In this document: piece by piece, positions 1 through 9,658 of the stretch
Layout: every line of letters starts with the position of its first letter
How positions within the stretch are numbered: the stretch's first letter is position 1
Source of the DNA: a virus
Length of the DNA stretch: 64,000 nt
IMG/VR virus record: IMGVR_UViG_3300028883_000003
Coordinates: 1 to 64,000 of that record
Strand: one strand, 5' to 3'
Translations under genes and position numbers: made by a program
The notes under the pieces: generated by a model
Database searches by the model: none
What the model saw: the letters and a program-made list of their open reading frames with translations, nothing else
What the model was told of the DNA's origin: nothing

Positions 1-141
1 ATAATAGTATTACAAACAAAAGTAACAAACTTGGCATATTTAACAGAGGAAAATAAACCTTAGTGCCTATATCATTGAGCCGGAAAATTACTGCTTTGTA
101 GGCAGTGTCATCTGTGCATATAATGTCAAGTTCAGTTATTT

Positions 142-342
142 TCATATCATCCTCTGTAATCTCCTATTGGTATTCCCCGGACTTATCTGATGTAACATTG
201 TTGAAATAAAAACAACTAGTAAAGGGTTACTAATCTTGTGTAATTGTCTTAATCCCCATATCATTACTGATACTTCTTTACCATATATTTTTACACCAAC
301 GTGGTTTTTACGAACAAAGGAACGAAATATATGATATTTCAT
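142..342 (-). CDS. NxxF micro-protein family member
   Basis: 66 aa; core SNPLLVVFISTML; start overlaps the ruvB-like stop. Confidence 0.55.
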   Translation of the reverse strand: MKYHIFRSFVRKNHVGVKIYGKEVSVMIWGLRQLHKISNPLLVVFISTMLHQISPGNTNRRLQRMI

Positions 343-1520
343 TATACTCTAATATTTCCTTTTTCTGTGGCAAAATAATGATCTACTGCTTTATCAGTTA
401 ATCTTCTTCCTCTGCTGCCCATAAATATCATATCTTGGTACAACAATGCAGGTTCATATAAAGTTTCCCAAACAGCTTTAGGTATTCCTAAAGAGGATGC
501 AATAGTTGTACTTCCAGCCCCTCCATTTTTCATAGCCTTCATTCGTTCTAGTATATGTTTCATTCCTTTTATATGTGTGTAATCTAGTCCAAACTCATCT
601 ACTCCCAATAATTTCATAATCGTTTCTATAGACTCTTTAGAAATTTCTGAGTTAATTGTTGCTCCATCTATTACATACTTTTTAGCTATTCTAGGAGTTC
701 CATGTGAAATTTTGGCAATTAAATCTAGTCCATTTTCAGTAATAGACAATTTCTGGTTAGCCACATACATTTTTATAATCTGCTTTATTTGGTCATTATT
801 ATATGGTTCCAATTTAATATTTAATCTAAACCTATCTCTGAACGGTTTTCTTAAGTCCCCTAATTGTGTAGTAGCTCCGGCAATAGTTACTTTCGGTAAA
901 TCTACTTTTTGATCTACCCCATTATATCTTACCATAATGTAACTATCTTGCATTAAAGAGTACATGGCTTCTTCAATTTCATCTTTTAGACCGTGGCACT
1001 CTTCTAAAAAAACAACATCGTCGTCTTGTAATTGACAAATCGGTTCAAAGAATATTGAAATTGGTTCTTTGCAGGACAAGCATTTTGTACTGCTAAAAGG
1101 GTTATGATATTCACATACAGGGCATTCCTTTTTAAAGAGCACACCAAATAAGTCCTTGGTGTTCTTAAGGTTAGCAGGAATTAGTTCAAAAAATCTTCCA
1201 CCCATTTCATGTGCTGTAGCTTTAATTAGGGTTGATTTTCCAAGTCCACCATTCCCCCATAAAACAACATGTGGAAGCGGCACATTATTTTCTTTGGACT
1301 TTTTAATGTGCCCTTTCAAATATTCAACACTTTTTTCTTGCCCTATGTAGTTTTTTAACGTTAAATATGTTTCAGTTAACTTAGGCTTCATATAATCCGG
1401 CTCATTATTAACTACTTCAACTTCACTAATAACCGCCGGTGCTTCTTTTGCTTCTGGTTTAAGAAGCACTATTAGCATAAAAATTAAAAATAAGATAAGA
1501 GGGATTATAATTAGTTCCAT
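342..1520 (-). CDS. ruvB: RuvB-like Holliday junction AAA+ motor with N-terminal hydrophobic helix and inserted zinc ribbon
   Basis: YIGQ motif, Walker A GNGGLGKS, Walker B variant VFLEECH, AGATT, arginine finger FRDRF, GTPRIA, C-terminal winged helix (YEPALL..GSRGRRLT); insert CPVC..N...C..C. Confidence 0.85.
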   Translation of the reverse strand: MELIIIPLILFLIFMLIVLLKPEAKEAPAVISEVEVVNNEPDYMKPKLTETYLTLKNYIGQEKSVEYLKGHIKKSKENNVPLPHVVLWGNGGLGKSTLIKATAHEMGGRFFELIPANLKNTKDLFGVLFKKECPVCEYHNPFSSTKCLSCKEPISIFFEPICQLQDDDVVFLEECHGLKDEIEEAMYSLMQDSYIMVRYNGVDQKVDLPKVTIAGATTQLGDLRKPFRDRFRLNIKLEPYNNDQIKQIIKMYVANQKLSITENGLDLIAKISHGTPRIAKKYVIDGATINSEISKESIETIMKLLGVDEFGLDYTHIKGMKHILERMKAMKNGGAGSTTIASSLGIPKAVWETLYEPALLYQDMIFMGSRGRRLTDKAVDHYFATEKGNIRV

Positions 1521-1521
1521 A

Positions 1522-1878
1522 TTATAACGTAGTCTTTTTGGTCCAAAGGTCTATAAATTCTTGTGGTATTGAATAGTTGCACTCTAACAAATTAAATTCT
1601 GTAGAGTTTATTTTGCCAACAAGCCTGTCAAATAGTTTTAGCCACTCTTCCCTTCTCATTAGTAATTCTGCATTAGGATGTTTTACACATGTTTCATTTC
1701 GTAGTGGGACAAATGATTCAGGGTAAAAGGTAAACAGTTTTTTGTGTGTTAGGTTTTTATATCGCAGTGTTTCCTCTTCTCGGTATAAAACAAACACTTT
1801 TGCATAATTGGGTTTATTTCCTGCGGTAAACAAATCCCCATCCTGCATTTCTTTGCCATCTAGATACAAATATTTCAT
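1522..1878 (-). CDS. hypothetical protein
   Basis: 118 aa ORF tiling the leftward operon. Confidence 0.6.
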   Translation of the reverse strand: MKYLYLDGKEMQDGDLFTAGNKPNYAKVFVLYREEETLRYKNLTHKKLFTFYPESFVPLRNETCVKHPNAELLMRREEWLKLFDRLVGKINSTEFNLLECNYSIPQEFIDLWTKKTTL

Positions 1879-2147
1879 TTTTTACTCCAGTAATTTATTA
1901 GGTTACCATATGCCATATTATACCAGTTTTTTTGGCAAGTTAGTAAACCACATAATACAAAAAATACAAATGTGCTATTCACATTTTTTATGTCTTTTAC
2001 ATAGAAGGCGGCAGTTCTAGGCTTTGTGGGATGAGTTGCCTCAATGTATGGTTTGTTTTGAAGATGGCGACGACATAATCTTATTTTCATTTTTTTACTG
2101 CATTTTTCATTTTGTTTGTTAGCTGGTTGAATACTATTCCGTTCCAT
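1875..2147 (-). CDS. NxxF micro-protein family member
   Basis: core IKNVNSTFVFFVLCGL; near-identical to its neighbour; true start may lie downstream of the ORF-track start. Confidence 0.6.
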   Translation of the reverse strand: MERNSIQPANKQNEKCSKKMKIRLCRRHLQNKPYIEATHPTKPRTAAFYVKDIKNVNSTFVFFVLCGLLTCQKNWYNMAYGNLINYWSKK

Positions 2148-2341
2148 AAATTTGTATTAAAACACAAGCCGCACAGCAAAAAAAGAACAAATGTGCTATT
2201 AACATTTTTTATATGCCTTACATAAATACCAATTACAAAATTGTCGGAGTGCATCGCTATATAATCATAGAAGGTGTCGCGGTTAGCCAAATTGTTATTT
2301 TTTAGGGTTATTTTTATTTGCTTCTGCATATAACTTTTCAT
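2087..2341 (-). CDS. NxxF micro-protein family member
   Basis: core IKNVNSTFVLFLLCGL. Confidence 0.6.
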   Translation of the reverse strand: MKSYMQKQIKITLKNNNLANRDTFYDYIAMHSDNFVIGIYVRHIKNVNSTFVLFLLCGLCFNTNLWNGIVFNQLTNKMKNAVKK

Positions 2342-2537
2342 AAAGGTGGTTCAATAGTTTATATGTTTTACGTTTATCATCATGTTTGAGCCTTAAAAGA
2401 ATAGTAAATACTACAAACAGGGGATTATTTGCAGCAAACGCATACTTTACCCATATTCCTTGTCTTTTTAGGTATTTACCAGAACTAAGATAAATACATG
2501 TATGGCCATTATCTTTTGTTTGTGTTGTTATTATCAT
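2295..2537 (-). CDS. NxxF micro-protein family member
   Basis: core ANNPLFVVFTILL. Confidence 0.6.
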   Translation of the reverse strand: MIITTQTKDNGHTCIYLSSGKYLKRQGIWVKYAFAANNPLFVVFTILLRLKHDDKRKTYKLLNHLYEKLYAEANKNNPKK

Positions 2538-2538
2538 T

Positions 2539-3720
2539 TTACCAATACATAGTTTCTGATTCGGTTATGTCTTTCATCACAACAGACTTGCCCCTTTTTA
2601 TTTCTCGGTGATTAGGTGTTAATACCCAAAGAACAGAACCCCATCTGTCATATGTTAAATTATCACCTTCAGAATTATAACCGTCTGTCAGTATAATTAA
2701 GGCATCCGGCTTTTCTTCCATAGCCTTATCCATCACCGGTTGAAAACTAGTACCACCGTTATGCCGTTTGAATACTAGGTTATTCAACCCTTTGTACTCA
2801 AACATATCTTCAATAGTGCAGGTGAATTTAATAAACACAATTTCAGCAATTTTAGTTTTGTACATACTATCAACTTCTGAAATCATTTTTTTCCATTCTT
2901 TATCACTAACGGAACCTGATTCATCAACTGCTACCATAATTCTTAAGGTCTGTACCTTTTTTCTGCCTTGGTAATCTTCTCCAAATCTACGGTTTGGTCT
3001 TTTCCAAGTCTGCTCTCTCTTAACTTTGCTAGAGAATGAAACAAACTGTCTAAAAATAACATTCCACGGTATTTCAGAAGGGGACAATAAGAATCTTAAT
3101 AGCTTGCTAAACCCACTTCCGGTCGGAGAAAAGTTCTTATTAGATTCATCATAAGCATGTTGAACCATCTGTTTAACTTGCTGTTGCAGTTGACCATCCC
3201 CAACACTAGAAGTCATAAGGTCGTGGTTATCACAGCCATCTCTGCCATCTTGACCATCTTGTCCATTTTCATTATCTTTTTCTTCTTCATCGGGCAACAT
3301 GTTGTAGTATTGAAATGTAGCCAAATCTTCTTTAAACTGGTAATCTTTTGGCTTTTTAAACTGTGGCGGCAAGTTCTTTTGGTTCAAACCAGTATTAATA
3401 GCAAGGTCTTTAGCCGTTTCCATTTTTTGATTTTTATCATCAAAAACAGGATTGTTTAGATGGCCAAAAATTAAATGGTTTACAACATGTTTTATTGCCT
3501 CAACTACTTGGTCAGTTTCTAAAGAATCAACCCATTCTTGGCAATAAAGGAGGGATATAATCCCATCCTTTTCTTTTACAGAAATAGTTTTTACACTTTT
3601 ATCCATTTCCACACACATTTGTCCTACCATATGTGCGTAAAATGGGTCATTATGTAATAGCTTTTTTCTAGCCTCAAAAAAGTTATCTGAATAGTCGTTT
3701 AGAAAATCATATTTTTTCAT
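2539..3720 (-). CDS. VWA-domain protein with N-terminal metallopeptidase-like (DUF2201-type) domain
   Basis: MIDAS DESGS, GGTSF, LTDG; HVVNH..FGH where HExxH is expected; coupled to the MoxR gene. Confidence 0.8.
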   Translation of the reverse strand: MKKYDFLNDYSDNFFEARKKLLHNDPFYAHMVGQMCVEMDKSVKTISVKEKDGIISLLYCQEWVDSLETDQVVEAIKHVVNHLIFGHLNNPVFDDKNQKMETAKDLAINTGLNQKNLPPQFKKPKDYQFKEDLATFQYYNMLPDEEEKDNENGQDGQDGRDGCDNHDLMTSSVGDGQLQQQVKQMVQHAYDESNKNFSPTGSGFSKLLRFLLSPSEIPWNVIFRQFVSFSSKVKREQTWKRPNRRFGEDYQGRKKVQTLRIMVAVDESGSVSDKEWKKMISEVDSMYKTKIAEIVFIKFTCTIEDMFEYKGLNNLVFKRHNGGTSFQPVMDKAMEEKPDALIILTDGYNSEGDNLTYDRWGSVLWVLTPNHREIKRGKSVVMKDITESETMYW

Positions 3721-4946
3721 TATTTAACCTTTGTTTTTACACCATCTTCTAACTGGGCTTTAAGATTTTCAAGTTCTTTAACTGCTTCTAAAGATTCTTC
3801 TTTAGAAAACCCCATAGCCTCAATCATTTCAAGTGTCTGTTCATTTTTACTTTCAGGCATATAGGTTAGAATAACAGGAACGAAGTTCTTTTCAAGCAAA
3901 ACGCCCTTTTCAATAAACTTAATTCTCAAGTCTGCCGGTAACAACTGTAGGAAGTTGCTAATGTTTTCAGCTTGGAATTCAGTAGGTTCTTTCTTTTCTA
4001 TTTCCCCAAGAATATCAGTAAGTGTAACTTCGATTAATTCAAATCTATTTTTATCTTTGGACAAATATTTTTTGACCTTTTCCTCTACAAACTTGTCAAA
4101 GTTGCGGTTATTCATAACTTCTTTGGCAGTCAAAGGCCGAACTAAAGTTTCTTTCAGGTGCTGGTAACAAAGCATACCAACTTCTTCACCCAAAATACCA
4201 CTTATGGCTTCTAGACCAAACTGGTTAAATTGATCCTCATCAATAAACTTAAGAAGGTCATCAAGAAATTCATAAGAACGGGGAGTAGGCTCAACAATAA
4301 TTTGAAACTTCTCTTTCTTGCTAAGGGCATTTCCTGTAGCCTTTACAAACTTCCAAATTTCTTCATTTTTTAAATTCTTTTGTAGCCACTGCACGCTTAC
4401 TTCTTTCTTTACGTCAATCTTAACTTGAATAAAGCGATCCAACATGGCAGTGTCAATAGACTGAACTACATAATCTGCCGTATCAGGATTACCAGCACAC
4501 ACAATTGACCATCCTTCAGGTAATTCATGGGTATGCAATTTTCTGCGTCTAATCCCATTTTTATCTTTGTAACCAAGGACCAATTGGAACATGGCTTGAA
4601 TTACGTCATTGGTTCCTGCTCTGTTAAATTCATCCAAGAAGAGAATTCCATTAGTTCCTTCCAAGGGCCACCATTCCGGTTTCCCATATACGGTACGAAA
4701 TTCCTTTTCACCATTTGGAAGAGTAACTTCTTTCACTCTCGGAATACCAATCAAGTCACCAACTTCTTGGGTTCCCAACCGTAAGTCAATCAAGCCAAAA
4801 TTCTTATCACCGATCTTTTCAGCAATGTATCTAGCAGACTGAACAACTCCATCAGATTTACCAACACCTTTTGACCCCCAAAAGAAGGGAACCAGTTTGG
4901 ACTGATAACATGAAAATACGAATTCGGGCATCTGAACCAAGTGCAT
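3720..4946 (-). CDS. MoxR-like AAA+ ATPase
   Basis: Walker A GSKGVGKS, DLIGIP, Walker B LFLDEFNRA, AGNP, AMLDRF, PTPRSYE. Confidence 0.88.
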   Translation of the reverse strand: MHLVQMPEFVFSCYQSKLVPFFWGSKGVGKSDGVVQSARYIAEKIGDKNFGLIDLRLGTQEVGDLIGIPRVKEVTLPNGEKEFRTVYGKPEWWPLEGTNGILFLDEFNRAGTNDVIQAMFQLVLGYKDKNGIRRRKLHTHELPEGWSIVCAGNPDTADYVVQSIDTAMLDRFIQVKIDVKKEVSVQWLQKNLKNEEIWKFVKATGNALSKKEKFQIIVEPTPRSYEFLDDLLKFIDEDQFNQFGLEAISGILGEEVGMLCYQHLKETLVRPLTAKEVMNNRNFDKFVEEKVKKYLSKDKNRFELIEVTLTDILGEIEKKEPTEFQAENISNFLQLLPADLRIKFIEKGVLLEKNFVPVILTYMPESKNEQTLEMIEAMGFSKEESLEAVKELENLKAQLEDGVKTKVK

Positions 4947-4947
4947 T

Positions 4948-5931
4948 TTAATTCTCCTTAAACTCTACTGGTTTGTTTGAATGTTGTGCGTTAATTATTC
5001 CTTTATAAATTATTTCGTACTCTAATCGTTTGTGCATTGCCCCTTTTATAGTTGTTAGTATCGGGTAAAGCACTTTAACCACTTTCTCAAATTCCTTCAT
5101 GTTTGTAGCTCTCACAATATATTTCTCGTTACCCCATTCAACTTTTGCAGAAAACTGTGTAAGTATTCTATATGCAATTCTTTCCCAACAAGTTAATGTT
5201 TTTTCCTTTTTATGGAAAACTTTGAAGAATTCAGTTAATTCTTTAGCATTGGTTGGTAAAACTAATTTTTTTATCAAATTTGCTCTGGTATTAACTAAGT
5301 ATCCTTTTACCTTTTTTAATGTAGTAAATACTTTTAGCCATTCTGTTATGTTGTTGCACGCTTGATCATTAAGGTTACTAAGAATTCTGCCCATTATCCA
5401 AGGCACGTCGTAATATACAATATCACGGTTATTCATTTTTTCTAGAGTTGCAATTATATCTTTAGTTTTTTCTTTTTTATTTGGTATTTTATTTATAACA
5501 CTCCTTACTTTTTCAAATTTTATGTCTGAATTAAGTAATTCTAATAAACTAAGCGTTATGTGTGATGGTTTTAAATTACCCACAAGATCACACACATTGA
5601 TATTAACATTACAAAGCAATTTTAAATTATTTAGATTAATTTCCATTTCTGTTTCTTTAATTGCGTCCGATTTAAAATTAGGAACCATATAATAGTGGTA
5701 TTTGCTCAGCACATTCCAAAAACTATATTCTGGTGTGGTGTTGTACTGTGTGTTGTTATAATAAAATTTTTGGCTAAATAATGTCTTATGAACAACAAGA
5801 GGGTCGATTTTACCAAAAGCATTGATTAGTGTGTGCATGGTATTTATTGCTTTTTGTCTTTTGCCCCTTAGTTGTCCTTGTATCCTTCCAAATAAATATG
5901 TCATAAAAATTACTTTGTGCACATCATGCAT
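4948..5931 (-). CDS. hypothetical protein directly upstream of MoxR/VWA
   Basis: 327 aa ORF, 1 nt gap to the MoxR start. Confidence 0.7.
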   Translation of the reverse strand: MHDVHKVIFMTYLFGRIQGQLRGKRQKAINTMHTLINAFGKIDPLVVHKTLFSQKFYYNNTQYNTTPEYSFWNVLSKYHYYMVPNFKSDAIKETEMEINLNNLKLLCNVNINVCDLVGNLKPSHITLSLLELLNSDIKFEKVRSVINKIPNKKEKTKDIIATLEKMNNRDIVYYDVPWIMGRILSNLNDQACNNITEWLKVFTTLKKVKGYLVNTRANLIKKLVLPTNAKELTEFFKVFHKKEKTLTCWERIAYRILTQFSAKVEWGNEKYIVRATNMKEFEKVVKVLYPILTTIKGAMHKRLEYEIIYKGIINAQHSNKPVEFKEN

Positions 5932-5933
5932 TT

Positions 5934-6248
5934 TTACTTCCCCAATATGTCATCAATGTTAAAATCAGATAAATTTATATCCCCACCAGAGGACATTTCG
6001 ATTGTAGTCTCAGCTAAAGAAGCGATTGCTGTTATTAGGTGTTTAGTGGACATGTTATCTTTATCTTTGGAAAGTAATTCCAAAAACGGTTTTCCGGTAG
6101 CAATTAAAGATAGTGTATGCAATTGCATAGCAGGATTATCCTTAGCCTTATCAACCAAAGTTAACATGATACTCATAAATGTTTTGGTATGTTTGGGATA
6201 TTCTTCTGCTGGCAACTGCAAAGAAACGTCGTTTACTGTTAATTTCAT
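5934..6248 (-). CDS. hypothetical protein
   Basis: 104 aa, tiles the operon, ends NIDDILGK. Confidence 0.6.
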   Translation of the reverse strand: MKLTVNDVSLQLPAEEYPKHTKTFMSIMLTLVDKAKDNPAMQLHTLSLIATGKPFLELLSKDKDNMSTKHLITAIASLAETTIEMSSGGDINLSDFNIDDILGK

Positions 6249-6336
6249 CTTTTCTCCTCTTCCGGTTTGATATAGAGTAAAATCATGGTCAAAAATTTCA
6301 ATGCTTCTATATTGGCTATAAGAATATCATGTTTTG

Positions 6337-6849
6337 TCATATTGTAACCTCATCTGCTGTTGAGGCCCTTTGTTCTTTGCTTTGATCTATAGGAAAAACA
6401 CCTTCTTCTAATTTGTCATCATAAACAGCTAAATGTTTGCGAGCTTCAGCATAAACGAAAGACCAACTATTATAGTTGTCTATATTAAACAACTTGATTA
6501 AAGGAATGATAGTAGTTGGTTTAACAACTTCAAATCCTAATAAAAGTATGTTGGAAACTTTCTCACCACTTATCAAATACTGGTTTTCTACGGATACAGA
6601 CAACTCTAAATCTGCTGGATGAAATGTGTTGTCTACTTCTTTGTTGATAAATTCATTAATTTTTTCTATACTTTGCCCCATTAAGGAATCAAACATAGCC
6701 CCAATGTTTAAAGTATCTGTGGGGTTTGGAAATTTAGCTAAGATTTCGGTTGTCTCACTGTCATTGTTTCTATATATCAACATGACAGCAGACAATATTC
6801 CTTTGTAAATCTCTTCCCCTTCTTTTTCAATACTAACAATATATCTCAT
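6337..6849 (-). CDS. hypothetical protein
   Basis: 170 aa, GGAG RBS upstream. Confidence 0.65.
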   Translation of the reverse strand: MRYIVSIEKEGEEIYKGILSAVMLIYRNNDSETTEILAKFPNPTDTLNIGAMFDSLMGQSIEKINEFINKEVDNTFHPADLELSVSVENQYLISGEKVSNILLLGFEVVKPTTIIPLIKLFNIDNYNSWSFVYAEARKHLAVYDDKLEEGVFPIDQSKEQRASTADEVTI

Positions 6850-6860
6850 TTACAATCTCC

Positions 6861-7292
6861 TTAATGTTTATCCGGGTTTACAATTTCCCTGCTAACTTCT
6901 TCTAGGGTATTTTTAAAAGCAATTTCATTAGGTGGATTTCTATATATAGCTTCCACCCAAATCATACTACCCAAGTTACCTTTTGGTATTTTACCGGTAG
7001 CTTTTACATAATTGGTGTTGTTTTGTTGCAGCCCTAAATTTATTAGTTCTGTCGATATTTTTTGTAAAAACTTCATTGATTCTTCATTTCTAGGAGAAAC
7101 TTGGGTTATAAAAACCTTAGCATAATCCAGACTGTTTCCATTTTTACGCAATTCTTCTCGTACTAATCTTATAGTTTCTTTAAGGCTAATTCCTACATAT
7201 CTTAATGCTATAAAATAAAAGATAGGATAATGTTCGTCATACTCATCGTATGGGACTAATTCTTTGGCTTTTTGTATTTTATCAAAGTGCAC
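6861..7292 (-). CDS. hypothetical protein
   Basis: 143 aa ORF tiling the operon. Confidence 0.6.
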   Translation of the reverse strand: MHFDKIQKAKELVPYDEYDEHYPIFYFIALRYVGISLKETIRLVREELRKNGNSLDYAKVFITQVSPRNEESMKFLQKISTELINLGLQQNNTNYVKATGKIPKGNLGSMIWVEAIYRNPPNEIAFKNTLEEVSREIVNPDKH

Positions 7293-7495
7293 TTGTTTAG
7301 TTCCTTTATAAACTTTATAAATATTTTAAATTTACGCCAAGCAGCGTCGTTAGGGGTATAATTAAACTTATGATACAGTGTCATTATTAAAAGCACAAAA
7401 TATTTATTTTTTATGCTATACAACCATCTCCATCTATTAAAACCAGTTCTTCTTAATCCTTCTCGTATGCACTTATAATCAGCATCATATCTCAT
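7256..7495 (-). CDS. NxxF micro-protein family member
   Basis: core IKNKYFVLLIMTLYHKFNY. Confidence 0.6.
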   Translation of the reverse strand: MRYDADYKCIREGLRRTGFNRWRWLYSIKNKYFVLLIMTLYHKFNYTPNDAAWRKFKIFIKFIKELNKCTLIKYKKPKN

Positions 7496-7763
7496 ATTTT
7501 GGTAACCCCATAACGCAGTTTATAAATTTACCCCAGTTTCTGGTATTTTTGGCGTAATTAAACTTATGAAATAACAACGCTAGTAAAAGAGTAACAAAAG
7601 AATTTTTTGCACCCAATATTTTGACTTTAGGTGGAAAATATAATTGGTGTGCACACAACGGGTGTATTGAAATCTCTGAACGATAATTTATCCGCTCTAT
7701 TATTCTTATTCCATAAGGTATAATTTCTAATGTTACGTATTTATTTAATTGTATATTACTCAT
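7485..7763 (-). CDS. NxxF micro-protein family member
   Basis: core KILGAKNSFVTLLLALLFHKFNYA. Confidence 0.65.
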   Translation of the reverse strand: MSNIQLNKYVTLEIIPYGIRIIERINYRSEISIHPLCAHQLYFPPKVKILGAKNSFVTLLLALLFHKFNYAKNTRNWGKFINCVMGLPKYEI

Positions 7764-8047
7764 GTTAAAATCTTTTCAAGTTTAAGAGACAGTTTAGTGC
7801 TTGGTAAATACCTAACACATTCTATAAATCTGCCCCAGTTTTCAAGGGGGGCATAATTAAACTTATGAAATAATGACACCAGTAAAAGAGTAACAAAAGA
7901 ATTTTTTGCACCAAGTATTTTTGCTTCAATTGGTAAATATCTGGAACCAATCTCCCCAATTATTGAACACTGTCCCATTTTGTCTGCAACTCTTATTGCA
8001 TGACCCACAATTTTTACGGTTTTATTTGATTGCACACTTGACATCAT
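7760..8047 (-). CDS. NxxF micro-protein family member
   Basis: core KILGAKNSFVTLLLVSLFHKFNYA. Confidence 0.65.
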   Translation of the reverse strand: MMSSVQSNKTVKIVGHAIRVADKMGQCSIIGEIGSRYLPIEAKILGAKNSFVTLLLVSLFHKFNYAPLENWGRFIECVRYLPSTKLSLKLEKILT

Positions 8048-8402
8048 ACCATCCAGTTATAATGCTCTTAATAGCCTTAACAGTAATAAATCCTCGCATT
8101 GGCAAATCAATAGTAAACTCTTTATTTGTAAACAGTACCATTAAATCATCCAGTCTATTTCCATCAAAATACCGATCATTAGGGTTTTTATACTTTGCCT
8201 TTAAACATCTACCAATAGCAATTTCCCTGCCTCTTTCTTTATTCCCATTATCTTTAGGACTTACAATTGACATCCCAACTGGCACAAGCTGGTCTTCATC
8301 TTCCCCCATACCATAGGCCATTGTTCCAACTAACACTGAGCCACAATAAAAATGCTTGATTCGTACATTTTCTTTTTTACAAATTTGTTCCCAGTTTTTC
8401 AT
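8022..8402 (-). CDS. conserved phage-type hypothetical protein
   Basis: S...D...K..G..IA.GR pattern recalled from small phage proteins. Confidence 0.55.
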   Translation of the reverse strand: MKNWEQICKKENVRIKHFYCGSVLVGTMAYGMGEDEDQLVPVGMSIVSPKDNGNKERGREIAIGRCLKAKYKNPNDRYFDGNRLDDLMVLFTNKEFTIDLPMRGFITVKAIKSIITGWYDVKCAIK

Positions 8403-8740
8403 CTTTCTTTTCTCCTATTTAGTAGTTTCAATTTTTCATCCGTTTTTTTAGAAATCTTTTGTAAAGACTCTATATATGGTGTTAATTTTCGTTCTTTAAA
8501 TGCCTTCCAATAATATTCTGGCAATATTAGTGCCCCCTTTTCGGTTGTTTCTTTGGCAAAGATATTAATGTACTGAACAATTGACTTTAAATTATTACAC
8601 TGCTCTTTATTTATTTTGTTAGTTGTGTCTATTATATTTATTAGTTTAGAACATAAAGAAAGTGCCTTGTTACATTTATGGTGGTAATAAAATACCAAAA
8701 ACAATAGAAAAATTAGTACCCCATATATTATTATTATCAT
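8399..8740 (-). CDS. membrane-anchored hypothetical protein
   Basis: N-terminal hydrophobic run IIIIYGVLIFLLFLVFYY. Confidence 0.6.
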   Translation of the reverse strand: MIIIIYGVLIFLLFLVFYYHHKCNKALSLCSKLINIIDTTNKINKEQCNNLKSIVQYINIFAKETTEKGALILPEYYWKAFKERKLTPYIESLQKISKKTDEKLKLLNRRKER

Positions 8741-9038
8741 TGTGTTCCTTTATGTGTTAACTTGTTTAATATTTCTGGAAAAACTGTAGCTTGGTATAAT
8801 AATAGTTTTTCCTTAAACATTGTTAAAGTGTAATAATCAACGTTGCATAAATACATAAAATATTTTTCAACTTGCCCTTCTTTGGCCTCCTTTATATTTT
8901 CCACACCAAAAAATTCTTTACGAATTTTTGAAATTTCTTCTGGTTTGTAGCCCTTTTCAAAAAACCCACAATAGAATAATAAAATCTCAATGTAGGATTT
9001 GTTTAGTATGATATGACCAAAAAACAAAGTTTTTAAAT

Positions 9039-9242
9039 TCATTTAACCCACTCAGGTTTGCAAAGTAAACATGCTCTTACATCAATTCCACTATTATAAA
9101 ACATAACTAAAAATAGTAAAAACACATTATTTTTTATGTTCATACATTCCAAATTTGAATGCCATACCTTGTTTCCATTTTTAATTATATCTATAGTTAG
9201 ATCTTTTTTGCCGTCATTTAAATACACTTTTATATTATTCAT
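9039..9242 (-). CDS. NxxF micro-protein family member
   Basis: core IKNNVFLLFLVMFY. Confidence 0.6.
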   Translation of the reverse strand: MNNIKVYLNDGKKDLTIDIIKNGNKVWHSNLECMNIKNNVFLLFLVMFYNSGIDVRACLLCKPEWVK

Positions 9243-9243
9243 A

Positions 9244-9456
9244 TTATCTTTTTACGCTATACATTAAATTACAAAGAAAACAATAATTGGTTATACCACA
9301 ATTACTATACAATATTACCAGAAACAACAAAAATAGGTTGTTTTTTATGTCAATTCTTTTTAAACCGCCATGGCTACCACTATTTGCTACATGAACCGTT
9401 AAACCACCAAATTTTGATACTTTTATTTTACTCACGATATAAAGATTCCCGAACAT
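9244..9456 (-). CDS. NxxF micro-protein family member
   Basis: core IKNNLFLLFLVILY. Confidence 0.6.
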   Translation of the reverse strand: MFGNLYIVSKIKVSKFGGLTVHVANSGSHGGLKRIDIKNNLFLLFLVILYSNCGITNYCFLCNLMYSVKR

Positions 9457-9658
9457 TTAATATGTTGTACAAGTGAAAAAGTATTAAAGAATGTTTAGTG
9501 TTTGCAAGTATAAAACAAAAAAGCACAAATAGGGTATTTTTACTTTTTTCACACAACTCTGTTGTAATAATCCTAATTGGTCCTAAATCAGTTCTTGCTA
9601 ATATTCTATTTTTGTATCCTGCTGTTATCCTAATCCGGTCAGTCTTTTTTTGTACCAT
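9428..9658 (-). CDS. NxxF micro-protein family member
   Basis: core SKNTLFVLFCFIL. Confidence 0.55.
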   Translation of the reverse strand: MVQKKTDRIRITAGYKNRILARTDLGPIRIITTELCEKSKNTLFVLFCFILANTKHSLILFHLYNILNVRESLYRE

